Counted from the stretch's first letter, positions 8,384 through 17,454 are shown. The stretch: DNA of 64,000 bases from an uncultured Bifidobacteriaceae bacterium (GCA_964393105.1 CAYMSM010000036.1:29589-93588); one strand, 5' to 3'. A program made the numbers and translations. Notes: generated by a model from the letters alone, not told the origin.

Positions 8384-11106
8384 CCCGCGTCGGAGTCATC
8401 GGGGCCGGCTACGTCGGCCTGGTCACGGGTGTCTGCCTGGCATCACTCGGCCACGACGTGACCCTGCGCGACATCGACGCGCGCAAGATCGCGGCGCTCC
8501 ACGACGGCAAGATCCCGATCTACGAGCCGGGACTCGAGGATCTGATCGCCGCCAACCGCCACCGGCTCGACTTCACGCTCGACCTCGAGCGCCTCCTTGA
8601 GCGGTCGGATCTGATCTTCATCGCGATCGACACCCCGCCGACCTACTCGGGCGACGCCGACCTGTCGCGCGTGATGGGCTTCGTCGAGGAACTCGGCGCG
8701 ACCGGAGCCGACCCGCGCCACGTGTTGATCATGAAGAGCACCGTGCCGGTCGGCACTGGCCAGCGGGTGCGCGCCGAGCTCGATGCCCGCGGGCTTGGCG
8801 TTGTCGGGTACTGCTCCAACCCGGAGTTCCTCAAGGAGGGCGCCGCCATCGCGGACTTCCTCAGCCCGGACCGCGTGGTCATCGGCGAGTTTCGCCCCGA
8901 GGACGGCGACCGCGTCGCCACCCTGTTCGAGCCCCTCGACACCCCGATCATCCGGACCACGGTGCCGACGGCCGAGATGGTCAAGTACGCCTCCAACGCG
9001 TTCCTCGCGACAAAGATCAGCTTCATCAACGAGATCGCGAACGTCTGCGAGGAGGTCGGCGCCGACGTCGTCACCGTCGCGCAGGGCATGGGACTTGACC
9101 AGCGCATCGGCACGGCGTTCCTGAAGGCCGGCATCGGCTTCGGTGGGAGCTGCCTGCTCGGTGACGAGACCGTGCTCGCGCGCCGCGGGATGGAGGTCCG
9201 GCTCATCGAGTTGCGGGACCTCGCGCGCCAGCTCGCGCCCGACCTTGACGAGGATTCCCCGGCCGTCATCGAGGTGTCGGACCTCGAGGTGCTGGCGTGG
9301 CGCCCGGGAGCCGGTTCCGCCGAGTTCCTCCCGGTGTCCCTCCTGACCCGCCGGGAGTACGACGGTGACGTCGTGGAGGTGCGGACCAAGATGGGACGCA
9401 GGCTTCGGACGACCGCCGACCATCCGTTCGTGGCGAGGGTCGGCTCGTCGGATGGTCGCCTCGCCATACGGCTCGCGGGCGACTTGGAGCCGACCGACTG
9501 GCTGCCGGTCGCTCAGGGGCTGACACTCCCGGCATCGGACGAGTCCCTGCCGGTCGGCCGGATCCTCGATGCGCTCCCGGCGGCGCGACTCGGGCGGGAT
9601 GAGGTGAGGGCCCGCGTCGGATCCGGGCGTCTGGCGGCGGCCGGTCGCGATGCGGTCCGGCGCGTCATGGCCGAGTTACATCCGCACCAGAACCCCCACC
9701 TTCGCACTCACGACGTCATGGCCAACGGCACGGTCAGACTGGACGAGCTCGACGAGATCGGTTTGACCGCCGATCGCGCGACGATGGTCGGAACGGCCAA
9801 GAACGGGACGTACGTCCCCGCGGAGATCGAGCTGGACGACCGGTTCTGGCGCGTCGTCGGCCTGTACCTGGCCGAAGGGCACTGCGCGATCGACGGCGAT
9901 CGCCATCGCCTCTGCTGGTCGTTCCATCCCGAGGACGAACAGGATCTTGTCGACGAGGTGGCCGGGTACTGGCAGAGCCTGGGTGTCAGGGCGACCGTGC
10001 GCGTCGCGCCGACCGCATGCAATGTGACGGTGTCGTCGCGCCTCCTGGCCAACTGGTGGTTGTCGGTGCTGGGGCTTGGGGCGAATGCGTACCAGCAACG
10101 GCTTCCCGAGCTGATCTGGACGCAGCCGGCGTCCGCCAAGCATGCGTTGCTTTCGGGGGCGTGGCTCGGGGACGGTTCGTGCTCGCTGATCCGTGGAGGC
10201 CCGAGCGCCATACTGGAGTACGGGACCATCAGCAGGCAACTCGCAGACGGGATCCTGCGGCTTCTGGGCGACCTCGAGGTGATGGCACGCCTCAAGGTCG
10301 GACGTACTGCGTTGAGCACCGGAGACACCTACTGGATCTGCATCTCCGGGGCGGACCAGGTCGAGCGGCTCCAGTCGTTCATCAAGGCGCAGCGACGCGA
10401 GGCGCGGCTTGCCTCGATCGCCCGGCAGGCCAAGCGCATCGCGCCCACCGGATACCGCAGGCGCGAGCGGGGTACGGCCTGGGTGCGTGTCACCGGCGCG
10501 ACGCGCACCCCGTTCTCCGGTCCGGTCTACTCGCTCGAGGTGCCGGATGCCGCGACGTTCGTCGCGACCGCTGGGCTGATCGTCCACAACTGCTTCCCGA
10601 AGGATGTCTCGGCGCTCAAGCAACTCGCCGGCAACTCGGGGTACCACTTCCAGTTGCTCAACTCGGTGATCGAGGTCAACGAGCTGCAAAAGCGGCGAGT
10701 CATCGGCAAGTTGCGCAAGCACCTGGGATCGCTCGAGGGCGCGACGGTCGCGCTGCTGGGGCTTGCGTTCAAGCCCGAGACCGACGACATGCGTGAGGCG
10801 TCCAGCCTGGTGTTGGCCGCTCGGCTTCTGGCCGAAGGCGCACGAGTGCGCGCGTATGACCCGGTCGCCGGCGACGCCGCGGGTGAGCGCCTGCGCGGGG
10901 TCGATCTGTGCGCCACCGCGACTCAAGCGGTCGCCGGAGCCGACGCGGCGGTGCTGGTCACCGAGTGGCGCCAGATCATCGATCTGGACTGGCCGGCGCT
11001 CGCCCCGACGATGAACCGCGCCGTGCTCATCGACGGCCGCAACGCGCTCGACCCGCAATCGATGCGCGATGCGGGCTTTGCCTACGAGGGCATCGGCCGG
11101 GCGTGA
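8380..11106 (+). CDS. ugd: UDP-glucose 6-dehydrogenase precursor containing an intein
   Basis: VGVIGAGYVGLV Rossmann N-terminus, NPEFLKEG, GFGGS|C...HN|CFPKD, LGLAFKPETDD. The exteins sum to about 428 aa. The start codon is non-canonical or uncertain (see findings). Confidence 0.9.
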   Translation: MARVGVIGAGYVGLVTGVCLASLGHDVTLRDIDARKIAALHDGKIPIYEPGLEDLIAANRHRLDFTLDLERLLERSDLIFIAIDTPPTYSGDADLSRVMGFVEELGATGADPRHVLIMKSTVPVGTGQRVRAELDARGLGVVGYCSNPEFLKEGAAIADFLSPDRVVIGEFRPEDGDRVATLFEPLDTPIIRTTVPTAEMVKYASNAFLATKISFINEIANVCEEVGADVVTVAQGMGLDQRIGTAFLKAGIGFGGSCLLGDETVLARRGMEVRLIELRDLARQLAPDLDEDSPAVIEVSDLEVLAWRPGAGSAEFLPVSLLTRREYDGDVVEVRTKMGRRLRTTADHPFVARVGSSDGRLAIRLAGDLEPTDWLPVAQGLTLPASDESLPVGRILDALPAARLGRDEVRARVGSGRLAAAGRDAVRRVMAELHPHQNPHLRTHDVMANGTVRLDELDEIGLTADRATMVGTAKNGTYVPAEIELDDRFWRVVGLYLAEGHCAIDGDRHRLCWSFHPEDEQDLVDEVAGYWQSLGVRATVRVAPTACNVTVSSRLLANWWLSVLGLGANAYQQRLPELIWTQPASAKHALLSGAWLGDGSCSLIRGGPSAILEYGTISRQLADGILRLLGDLEVMARLKVGRTALSTGDTYWICISGADQVERLQSFIKAQRREARLASIARQAKRIAPTGYRRRERGTAWVRVTGATRTPFSGPVYSLEVPDAATFVATAGLIVHNCFPKDVSALKQLAGNSGYHFQLLNSVIEVNELQKRRVIGKLRKHLGSLEGATVALLGLAFKPETDDMREASSLVLAARLLAEGARVRAYDPVAGDAAGERLRGVDLCATATQAVAGADAAVLVTEWRQIIDLDWPALAPTMNRAVLIDGRNALDPQSMRDAGFAYEGIGRA
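9151..10590 (+). mobile_element. class 1 intein with LAGLIDADG homing-endonuclease domain (480 aa)
   Basis: Begins CLLGDETVLA. Block B is TTADHPF. LAGLIDADG-like motifs VVGLYLAEGHC and LSGAWLGDGSC. Ends GLIVHN and is followed by Cys+1. Confidence 0.85.
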
Positions 11107-12179
11107 CCTGCGCAGTCATCCTGGTGGGCGGCGAGGGCAGGCGCCTCCGCCCCCTGACCGACACACGTCCCAAGCCCATGATGCCGCTGGTCGACCGGCC
11201 GTTCGTCGCCCACCAGCTGGACCAGCTGCGCAGGTTCGGCGTCACCGACGTGATCTTCTCGTGTGGCTACCGGCCCGAGGCCCTCGAGGGCCACTTCGGC
11301 GACGGTGCCAATCTGCGCATGCGGCTGCGCTACGTGGTCGACCCCATACCGCTCGGCACGGCCGGCGCGGTAAAGAACGCCGAGCCGCTTCTGGGCGACG
11401 GACAGGTGCTGGTGCTGAACGGCGACGTGTTGACGGATCTCGATCTGGCCGCGCTCGTCGCCTGGCACGACGCGGCGGGCGTCGCGGGAACGCTCGCGCT
11501 GACGCCCGTCACGGATCCCTCCCGCTACGGCCTCGTGCGGCTGCATTCCGATCGCCGCGTCGAGGAGTTCCTGGAGAAGCCCGGTCCCGATGAGCTTCGG
11601 CCGGGTGAGCCGTTCCTGGTCAACGCCGGCACATATCTTCTCGAACGCGAGGTCCTCGATCAGATCCCCGCGGGTGAGCCGTGCTCGATCGAGCGCGACA
11701 TCTTTCCCGGTCTTGCTCGGGCGGGACGACTCGCCGGCTACCCCAGCGACAGCTATTGGCGTGACATCGGGACCCCGGACTCCTACCTGCAGGCACACCT
11801 CGACGTGCTGGCGGGCGCGGTGCGCACGGACTCGCCGACCGGCGACCGTCATGTCGGTTCGGGCGCACAACTGGCCGCCGACGCCCGGGTCGGCGCTGGC
11901 AGCACGATCGGTCCGGACGTCGTCGTGGGGCCCGGCGCGATCGTCATCGGGAGCGTCGTCGGCGCGGGTTCGAGCATCGGTCGCGACGCGCAGATCGAAG
12001 GAGCACTTCTCGGCGTCGGCGTCAGCGTCGGTGATCGTGCCAGGATTGGCGCCGGCGCCGTGGTCGGTGACGGCGCTACCATCGCGGCCGGTGTGACGGT
12101 CGGGGGGGTTGTGATCCCGACCGGCGCAGACGTGGACCAATCGCAGACCCAGGGGGAGGTGCGCGGTGAGCCTGCTTGA
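11103..12179 (+). CDS. sugar-1-phosphate nucleotidyltransferase (mannose-1-phosphate guanylyltransferase-like) with C-terminal hexapeptide-repeat domain
   Basis: GTGA overlap with ugd. ILVGGEGRRLRPLTDTRPKPM nucleotide-binding loop. The Gly/Val/Ile-rich C-terminus suggests a left-handed beta-helix. Confidence 0.85.
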   Translation: MTCAVILVGGEGRRLRPLTDTRPKPMMPLVDRPFVAHQLDQLRRFGVTDVIFSCGYRPEALEGHFGDGANLRMRLRYVVDPIPLGTAGAVKNAEPLLGDGQVLVLNGDVLTDLDLAALVAWHDAAGVAGTLALTPVTDPSRYGLVRLHSDRRVEEFLEKPGPDELRPGEPFLVNAGTYLLEREVLDQIPAGEPCSIERDIFPGLARAGRLAGYPSDSYWRDIGTPDSYLQAHLDVLAGAVRTDSPTGDRHVGSGAQLAADARVGAGSTIGPDVVVGPGAIVIGSVVGAGSSIGRDAQIEGALLGVGVSVGDRARIGAGAVVGDGATIAAGVTVGGVVIPTGADVDQSQTQGEVRGEPA

Positions 12180-13257
12180 CCACCCAGCAATCTTTGACAT
12201 CGATTCGCTCGGCCTGATCGCCGAGACCGGCCGCGCGGTCGAGATGTTCGACGCCGCGATCGCGAGTGCCAGGGCCGTCGAGATCCCGTTTCCTGCCGGG
12301 GCGATCACAAACGTCGCGATCTGCGGAATGGGTGGTTCGGCCATCGCCGGTGACCTGATCATCGGCGCGTTCTGGGACCGACTGCGCCGGCCTGTCCAGG
12401 TGCTGCGCGACTACTTCCTGCCCGGCTGGGTGGGGGAGGACACGCTCGTCATCGGCTCGTCGTTCTCGGGCACCACCGAGGAAACCCTGACCTGCATGCT
12501 CGACGCCATCGACCGGACCTGCCCGGCGATCGGGATCTCGACCGGCGGGCGCTTTGCCGACTACTACGTGCCCCGCGGCGTGCCGCTCGTCCAGGTGGCG
12601 CAGTCGCCCATGCCACGCGCGGCGCTGGTGCAGATGCTGGCGGCGACGCTGGTGGTATTGGAGCGCTTCGAGGTGCTCCCACCGCTCGAGTCCGAGCTGG
12701 TCGAGGCGCGCGAGATGCTGCAGGGGGCGGTACGTGCCTACGGCCCCGACGCTCCCGAGGAGACGAACCCGGCCAAGCAGGTCGCGTCGATGCTGAACGA
12801 ACGGCTGCCGCTGATCTGGGGCGCCGAGATCACCGCACCGATCGCCTACCGCTGGAAGTGTCAGCTCAACGAGAACGCCAAGGTCCCCGCGTACTGCTCG
12901 CGCTTGCCCGAGCACAACCACAACGAGATCGTGGGCATCGAGGGAATGGGCGCGCAAGGCGCCCGGACGCGCGTCATCATGCTACTCGACCCGCGCAACC
13001 ACCGCCAGGTGGAGCGGCGGTTTGGGATCACCGAGGAATTGGTCAGCCCGTACGTCGAAGGGGTCACGCGGATCGAGGCCGAGGGCCGCGGCGCCCTGGC
13101 GCGGATGCTCGACCTGGTGCTTCTGGGCGACTACGCCTCGCTGTACCTGGCATGCCTCCGGCAGGTCGACCCCGGACCGATCGCAATAATCGACAAGCTC
13201 AAAGATCGCCTCGCGAACACCCCGTACGGTCGCACCGCCGAACCCCCGCCAGGATGA
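12166..13257 (+). CDS. bifunctional phosphoglucose/phosphomannose isomerase (SIS domain)
   Basis: CGMGGSAIAGD, SFSGTTEET and RWKCQLNENAK...PEHNHNE motifs. 14-nt overlap with the upstream gene. Confidence 0.8.
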   Translation: MSLLDHPAIFDIDSLGLIAETGRAVEMFDAAIASARAVEIPFPAGAITNVAICGMGGSAIAGDLIIGAFWDRLRRPVQVLRDYFLPGWVGEDTLVIGSSFSGTTEETLTCMLDAIDRTCPAIGISTGGRFADYYVPRGVPLVQVAQSPMPRAALVQMLAATLVVLERFEVLPPLESELVEAREMLQGAVRAYGPDAPEETNPAKQVASMLNERLPLIWGAEITAPIAYRWKCQLNENAKVPAYCSRLPEHNHNEIVGIEGMGAQGARTRVIMLLDPRNHRQVERRFGITEELVSPYVEGVTRIEAEGRGALARMLDLVLLGDYASLYLACLRQVDPGPIAIIDKLKDRLANTPYGRTAEPPPG

Positions 13258-14390
13258 GTATCGCGCCGCCGCCGCCCGGACTCGCGCCGCAGGACATCCT
13301 CGCGCTCGGCGACGGGGAGGTGCGGATGCTCGACCAGACCCGCCTGCCGGGCGAGCTGGTCAGCGTGACGCTGCGAAGCTGGCCCGAGGTCGTCGATGCG
13401 ATCACGACGATGGTGGTACGTGGTGCCCCGGCGATCGGCATCGCCGCGGCGATGGGCGTGGCCCTCGCGGGTCAGCGGGGGTCCAGTGAACTCGGGTCGC
13501 TCAAGCAGGAGCTCGTTCGGGCAGGGCAGGCATTGCGCGCGGCGCGCCCGACGGCCGTCAACCTGGCGTGGGCAGTCGACGCGCAGCTTCGGATCGTCGC
13601 CGAGCACACCGGCTCTGCGTCGGATCTCGTCGCGGCGCTCGTGGCGACGGCCAGACGCATCCACGCGGATGAGGTCGACCGATGCGAGCGCATCGGCGCC
13701 CACGGACGCGCGCTGGTGCACCGTGGCGCGCGGATCCTGACCCACTGCAACGCGGGGGCACTCGCGACCGGCGGGTACGGAACCGCACTCGGCGTCGTGC
13801 GCTCGGCATTTGCGGTCGATCCGACCGTGCGCGTGATCGTCGACGAGACCCGCCCGCTCCTGCAAGGCGCCCGGTTGACCACGTGGGAGTTGGGGCAGGA
13901 GGGGATCCCGTACACGCTGATCGCCGACAACATGGCGGCGACGATGATGGCCGAGGGCCGCGTCACCCACGTCGTGGTGGGCGCGGACCGCATCGCGGCC
14001 AATGGCGACGTTGTCAACAAGATCGGGACCTACGGTGTCGCGATCCTGGCCCGGGAGCACGGCATTCCGTTCATCGTTGCTGCGCCGACATCGACCCTGG
14101 ACCTCTCGCTGCCGTCCGCGGCCGAGATCCCGATCGAGGAACGCGCCAGCGCGGAAGTCCTGGGAATCGGCCTTTTCGGCCGGGACGCGACCCCGGCCGG
14201 CGCCACGGTCGCAAACCCGGCGTTCGACCGCACACCGCACCGGCTCGTGTCGGCGATCGTCACCGAGCAGGGCGTCCACCGCCCCCCCTACGACCGCACC
14301 CTGCGCGCCGCCTGGAACGCCGCGACTGAGCAGGGCTCGCCGACCCTTGTCCTCGGTCCGCATGAGGACGTTCCTCTGTCCGACCACTAG
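13254..14390 (+). CDS. mtnA: eIF-2B alpha/beta/delta-like isomerase (methylthioribose-1-phosphate isomerase family)
   Basis: ATGA overlap. MLDQTRLP, VRGAPAIGIAAA, THCNAGALAT and GADRIAANGDVVNKIGTY motifs. Confidence 0.75.
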   Translation: MSIAPPPPGLAPQDILALGDGEVRMLDQTRLPGELVSVTLRSWPEVVDAITTMVVRGAPAIGIAAAMGVALAGQRGSSELGSLKQELVRAGQALRAARPTAVNLAWAVDAQLRIVAEHTGSASDLVAALVATARRIHADEVDRCERIGAHGRALVHRGARILTHCNAGALATGGYGTALGVVRSAFAVDPTVRVIVDETRPLLQGARLTTWELGQEGIPYTLIADNMAATMMAEGRVTHVVVGADRIAANGDVVNKIGTYGVAILAREHGIPFIVAAPTSTLDLSLPSAAEIPIEERASAEVLGIGLFGRDATPAGATVANPAFDRTPHRLVSAIVTEQGVHRPPYDRTLRAAWNAATEQGSPTLVLGPHEDVPLSDH

Positions 14391-14506
14391 TAGTAGCCGT
14401 CGCCACAGACGACATCCTCGACGTGTCCCACCATCCAGACACGGGATGGATGCCCACCCGCCATCGAGCCCCGAGACGCGCCTCCCGTACGGGGCGAGCC
14501 GGCCAA

Positions 14507-14545
14507 ACGGCCAATTGGCCGAATCCGGGTCGGTCAATCGTTACA
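14507..14545 (-). repeat. intergenic repeat family 1, copy A
   Basis: ACGGCCAATTGGCCGAATCCGGGTCGGTCAATCGTTACA contains the perfect 14-bp palindrome CGGCCAATTGGCCG. Confidence 0.6.
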
Positions 14546-14705
14546 CGAACTGTAACGAAGGCGTGACATACATGGCACACATAGGTGGTGCGGTGTAACA
14601 GGTTGTCCGGGCACGATCCTCGTATGACGGATGCTCGGGACCTGGGTGGGGATGTGTGCGTGGACGGGCGGGGTGAGCCAACGTCCACCCGAGATGGCGG
14701 GGCGG

Positions 14706-15467
14706 CTAGCCGAACGACAGCTCCAGGGTCTCGCCGTCGGCGGGTGTGGCGACGCGGTGGATCAAGCCTGCCGCGTCCACGGCCGCACGGAGGGCTGCAC
14801 GGTCAAGGCCGCAGTGGTTCATCGCCTCCATGTGGACCGCGACGACGAGGGCGTCGGGCGCGGCGTTGCACGTGGCTATGACGTCTGGCACATCCATCGT
14901 GATGGGGTCGCCGTGGATGAACCGCGCGGCTCCTGCGTTGACGACGATGACGGCGGGCTCGTGCGTGGTGATCGCGTCCTGGACCTCCTGGCACCAGACC
15001 GTGTCACCCGCGATGTACAGCGTCGGCTCCCCCTCGGCGGCGATGACGTACCCGCTGACGTCGCCCATCTCCTTACCGATCGCTCCCGTGCCGTGCTGCC
15101 CGCCGGTCCGGCTGATCCGCAGTCCGTCCAGATCGAGCGTCCCGTCGAAGGTCCTGGCCTCGAGGCCCGCGCGCACCAGCATCGGCTGGTCGCGTGGTTG
15201 GCACAGGACGGGCCGATCGCGTGGGACCGCGCCCAGCGCGGTGCGGTCGAAATGGTCGCCGTGCAAATGGGTGACGAGTGTCGCGGAGATCCCGGCGACC
15301 ACATCCAGCGGCTGCATGGGAAGGGCGACGAGCGGGTTGGGCCGAGGGTTCGGCGTCTCGGCCACGGGCGGTTGCGTTCCGACCGGATCGAGCATCGGAT
15401 CGATCAGGAGCCTGATGTCGCCGAACTGCACCAAGAGCGTCGCGTGCCGGAGGAGTCGGACTCGCAT
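14706..15467 (-). CDS. MBL-fold metallo-hydrolase
   Basis: THLHGDHFD metal-binding motif. About 253 aa. An alternative start lies at 15476. Confidence 0.8.
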   Translation of the reverse strand: MRVRLLRHATLLVQFGDIRLLIDPMLDPVGTQPPVAETPNPRPNPLVALPMQPLDVVAGISATLVTHLHGDHFDRTALGAVPRDRPVLCQPRDQPMLVRAGLEARTFDGTLDLDGLRISRTGGQHGTGAIGKEMGDVSGYVIAAEGEPTLYIAGDTVWCQEVQDAITTHEPAVIVVNAGAARFIHGDPITMDVPDVIATCNAAPDALVVAVHMEAMNHCGLDRAALRAAVDAAGLIHRVATPADGETLELSFG

Positions 15468-15498
15468 ACACGGCACTCTGCCATGCGCGAAGGCGGCC

Positions 15499-16536
15499 CT
15501 ACCTGTCGCCGACCAGGAAGAAGGTCACCGCAACCACGACGTACGCGGCGATCAGCATGATGCCGCGAGGTCGGCTCGAGTGGCCGCCCCACAGTACGAG
15601 CGCGGTGAACATGACCGCCCCGCCGAGCGCGGCGATCTCGACGACCCGGAACGTGAGCGCCAGCGGCGTCAGCGCCCACGACAAGAGCGCGACGGCCGGG
15701 ATCAGGAAGACCGCGACCTGGGCGCTCGACGCCAGCGCGATCTCAGCGGCCAGCTTGATGTTGCCCTTCGCCGCGACAACGACCGCGCCCCCGTGCTCGG
15801 CGGCATTTCCGACGATGGCGACGATCACGGCTGCGACGAAGAACTCCGAGAGGCCCGCCTCGTCGGCGAACACCTCCAGCGATCCAACGAGCGCCTCGGC
15901 GACGAACGCGGTGACCACGGTCGCGGCGCCGAGGACCCCGAGCGAGAACGGCAGCGACCAGCCGGTCATCAGCGACGGGTCGTCGGAGACGTGCAGGTCC
16001 TTGTGGCGTCGCAGGGCGAGTACCGTGACGATGACGTACACGATCAGCAACACGATCGAGACCGGGATTGACAGACGCGCGAGGGCTTCGCGCTGCGGAT
16101 CGCCGTGCCAACCGGGGATCGACGGGATCAGCAGCAGCACCGTCGCCAGGCCGACCAGGCCCATTGAGACAAGACTGGACTGGCGATCCAACTCGCCCCG
16201 CCCGCCGAACAGGAGCGAGAAGCCGAGCACGAGCAGCAGGTTGCCGATCACCGACCCCGAGAGCGACCCCAGCACGACATCGGGCAACCCGTTGTTGAGC
16301 GCGATGAGGGCGATGATGAGCTCAGGCGCGTTGCCGAAGGTCGCGTTGAGGAACCCGCCGACGCCGGGGCCCGTGTGGTGCGCCGCGTGCTCGGTGGCCT
16401 CGCCGATGAGCCATGCGAGCGGGATCAACGCGAGCGCCGCCACCGCGAAGATCGTCAGGTCGCCCGCCCCGGCGTGTTCCATGAATACGACGATCGGGCC
16501 GAGGAGCAGCAGAACGGTGAGGATCTTGCGGACCAC
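15499..16536 (-). CDS. Ca2+/H+ antiporter (CaCA family)
   Basis: Two alpha-repeat motifs GNAPELIIAL and GNAAEHGGAV. About 11 TM segments. GTG start at 16536. Confidence 0.85.
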   Translation of the reverse strand: MVRKILTVLLLLGPIVVFMEHAGAGDLTIFAVAALALIPLAWLIGEATEHAAHHTGPGVGGFLNATFGNAPELIIALIALNNGLPDVVLGSLSGSVIGNLLLVLGFSLLFGGRGELDRQSSLVSMGLVGLATVLLLIPSIPGWHGDPQREALARLSIPVSIVLLIVYVIVTVLALRRHKDLHVSDDPSLMTGWSLPFSLGVLGAATVVTAFVAEALVGSLEVFADEAGLSEFFVAAVIVAIVGNAAEHGGAVVVAAKGNIKLAAEIALASSAQVAVFLIPAVALLSWALTPLALTFRVVEIAALGGAVMFTALVLWGGHSSRPRGIMLIAAYVVVAVTFFLVGDR

Positions 16537-16755
16537 GGCGCGGCAGACTAGCGGCTCACTCCTCCCTCGGGTCGGCGGCGCGGTCTGTCGATGCTGAACA
16601 TGAGATGGCGCCGCCGCTCGCGCGCTCGCGACGCTTCCGCCCGAAGGGGCTTCTCCGGGCGGCTCCGCCCAAAGTGTCACAGAACCTGTGACGTTCGAGG
16701 TCACAACTGGCACAGTTCGTTGCGTCCCTCGACACGTTTCTGGTGTCACGCTGGT

Positions 16756-17454
16756 GTGGTGCGTACTACGCATCGGCTCCTCGACCTGCTGGATCTCCTG
16801 GTACCGCCGACCTGCGCGGCCTGCGAGCTGCCGGGGGCGGTGATCTGCGCCTGGTGCGCAGACGCGATCGCCGTGACAGGCGAGGTCGGCTGCGCCCGCT
16901 GCGGACACCCGTGGGCGGTGTCGATGTCGGCGTGCGCGGAGTGCCCGCCGCGCGTCGACCAGCTTCGGTTCGCGGGGGCCTACGTCGACCCGCTGCCGGC
17001 GATCGTCGCGGCATTGAAGGATCGCGGGCGGCGTGAGCTGGCGCGCGAGCTCGCTCGACTGATCGCGAGTCGTTGTGAGCCTCCCCCGGAGCCCGGTTGT
17101 CTCGTCCCGGTGCCGCTGACCCGGCGCCGAGAAGGGGACCGGGGGTTCAACCAGGCCGCGCTCATCGCGGCACACCTCGGGCAGACCTGGAATCGCGACG
17201 TCGTGTCCCTGCTCGAGCGCGTGCGTGACGACCCGCCCCAGCGGGGGGCATCGGCAACCGAACGCGCGGCACACGTGCGCGGTGCGTTCGCCGTGCGGTC
17301 GGGGATGTCGATCCAGTCCGAGGTCTGGATCGTGGATGACGTCTGTACGACCGGAGCCACCCTCTCGGCGTGCGCGCGCGTCCTCCGCCACGCAGGCGCA
17401 GCCAGGGTCGGGGCGTACTGCGTCGCCCGCGTCCTGCGTCACTACGGGCCCTAA
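16756..17454 (+). CDS. ComF family protein (phosphoribosyltransferase domain)
   Basis: N-terminal Cys-rich zinc-finger-like region CAACE...CARCG...CAEC and C-terminal PRTase motif VWIVDDVCTTGAT. Confidence 0.8.
   Translation: MVRTTHRLLDLLDLLVPPTCAACELPGAVICAWCADAIAVTGEVGCARCGHPWAVSMSACAECPPRVDQLRFAGAYVDPLPAIVAALKDRGRRELARELARLIASRCEPPPEPGCLVPVPLTRRREGDRGFNQAALIAAHLGQTWNRDVVSLLERVRDDPPQRGASATERAAHVRGAFAVRSGMSIQSEVWIVDDVCTTGATLSACARVLRHAGAARVGAYCVARVLRHYGP

Noticed and set aside
14388-14396. Three consecutive in-frame TAG stop codons after the mtnA-like gene
   Set aside because: Most likely chance or redundancy. There is no downstream in-frame coding potential suggesting read-through.
16687-16705. 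CRP/FNR-type site TGTGA-N-TCACA
   Set aside because: The spacer is 9 nt rather than 6. The adjacent perfect palindrome has the half-sites in the opposite (TCACA...TGTGA) arrangement.
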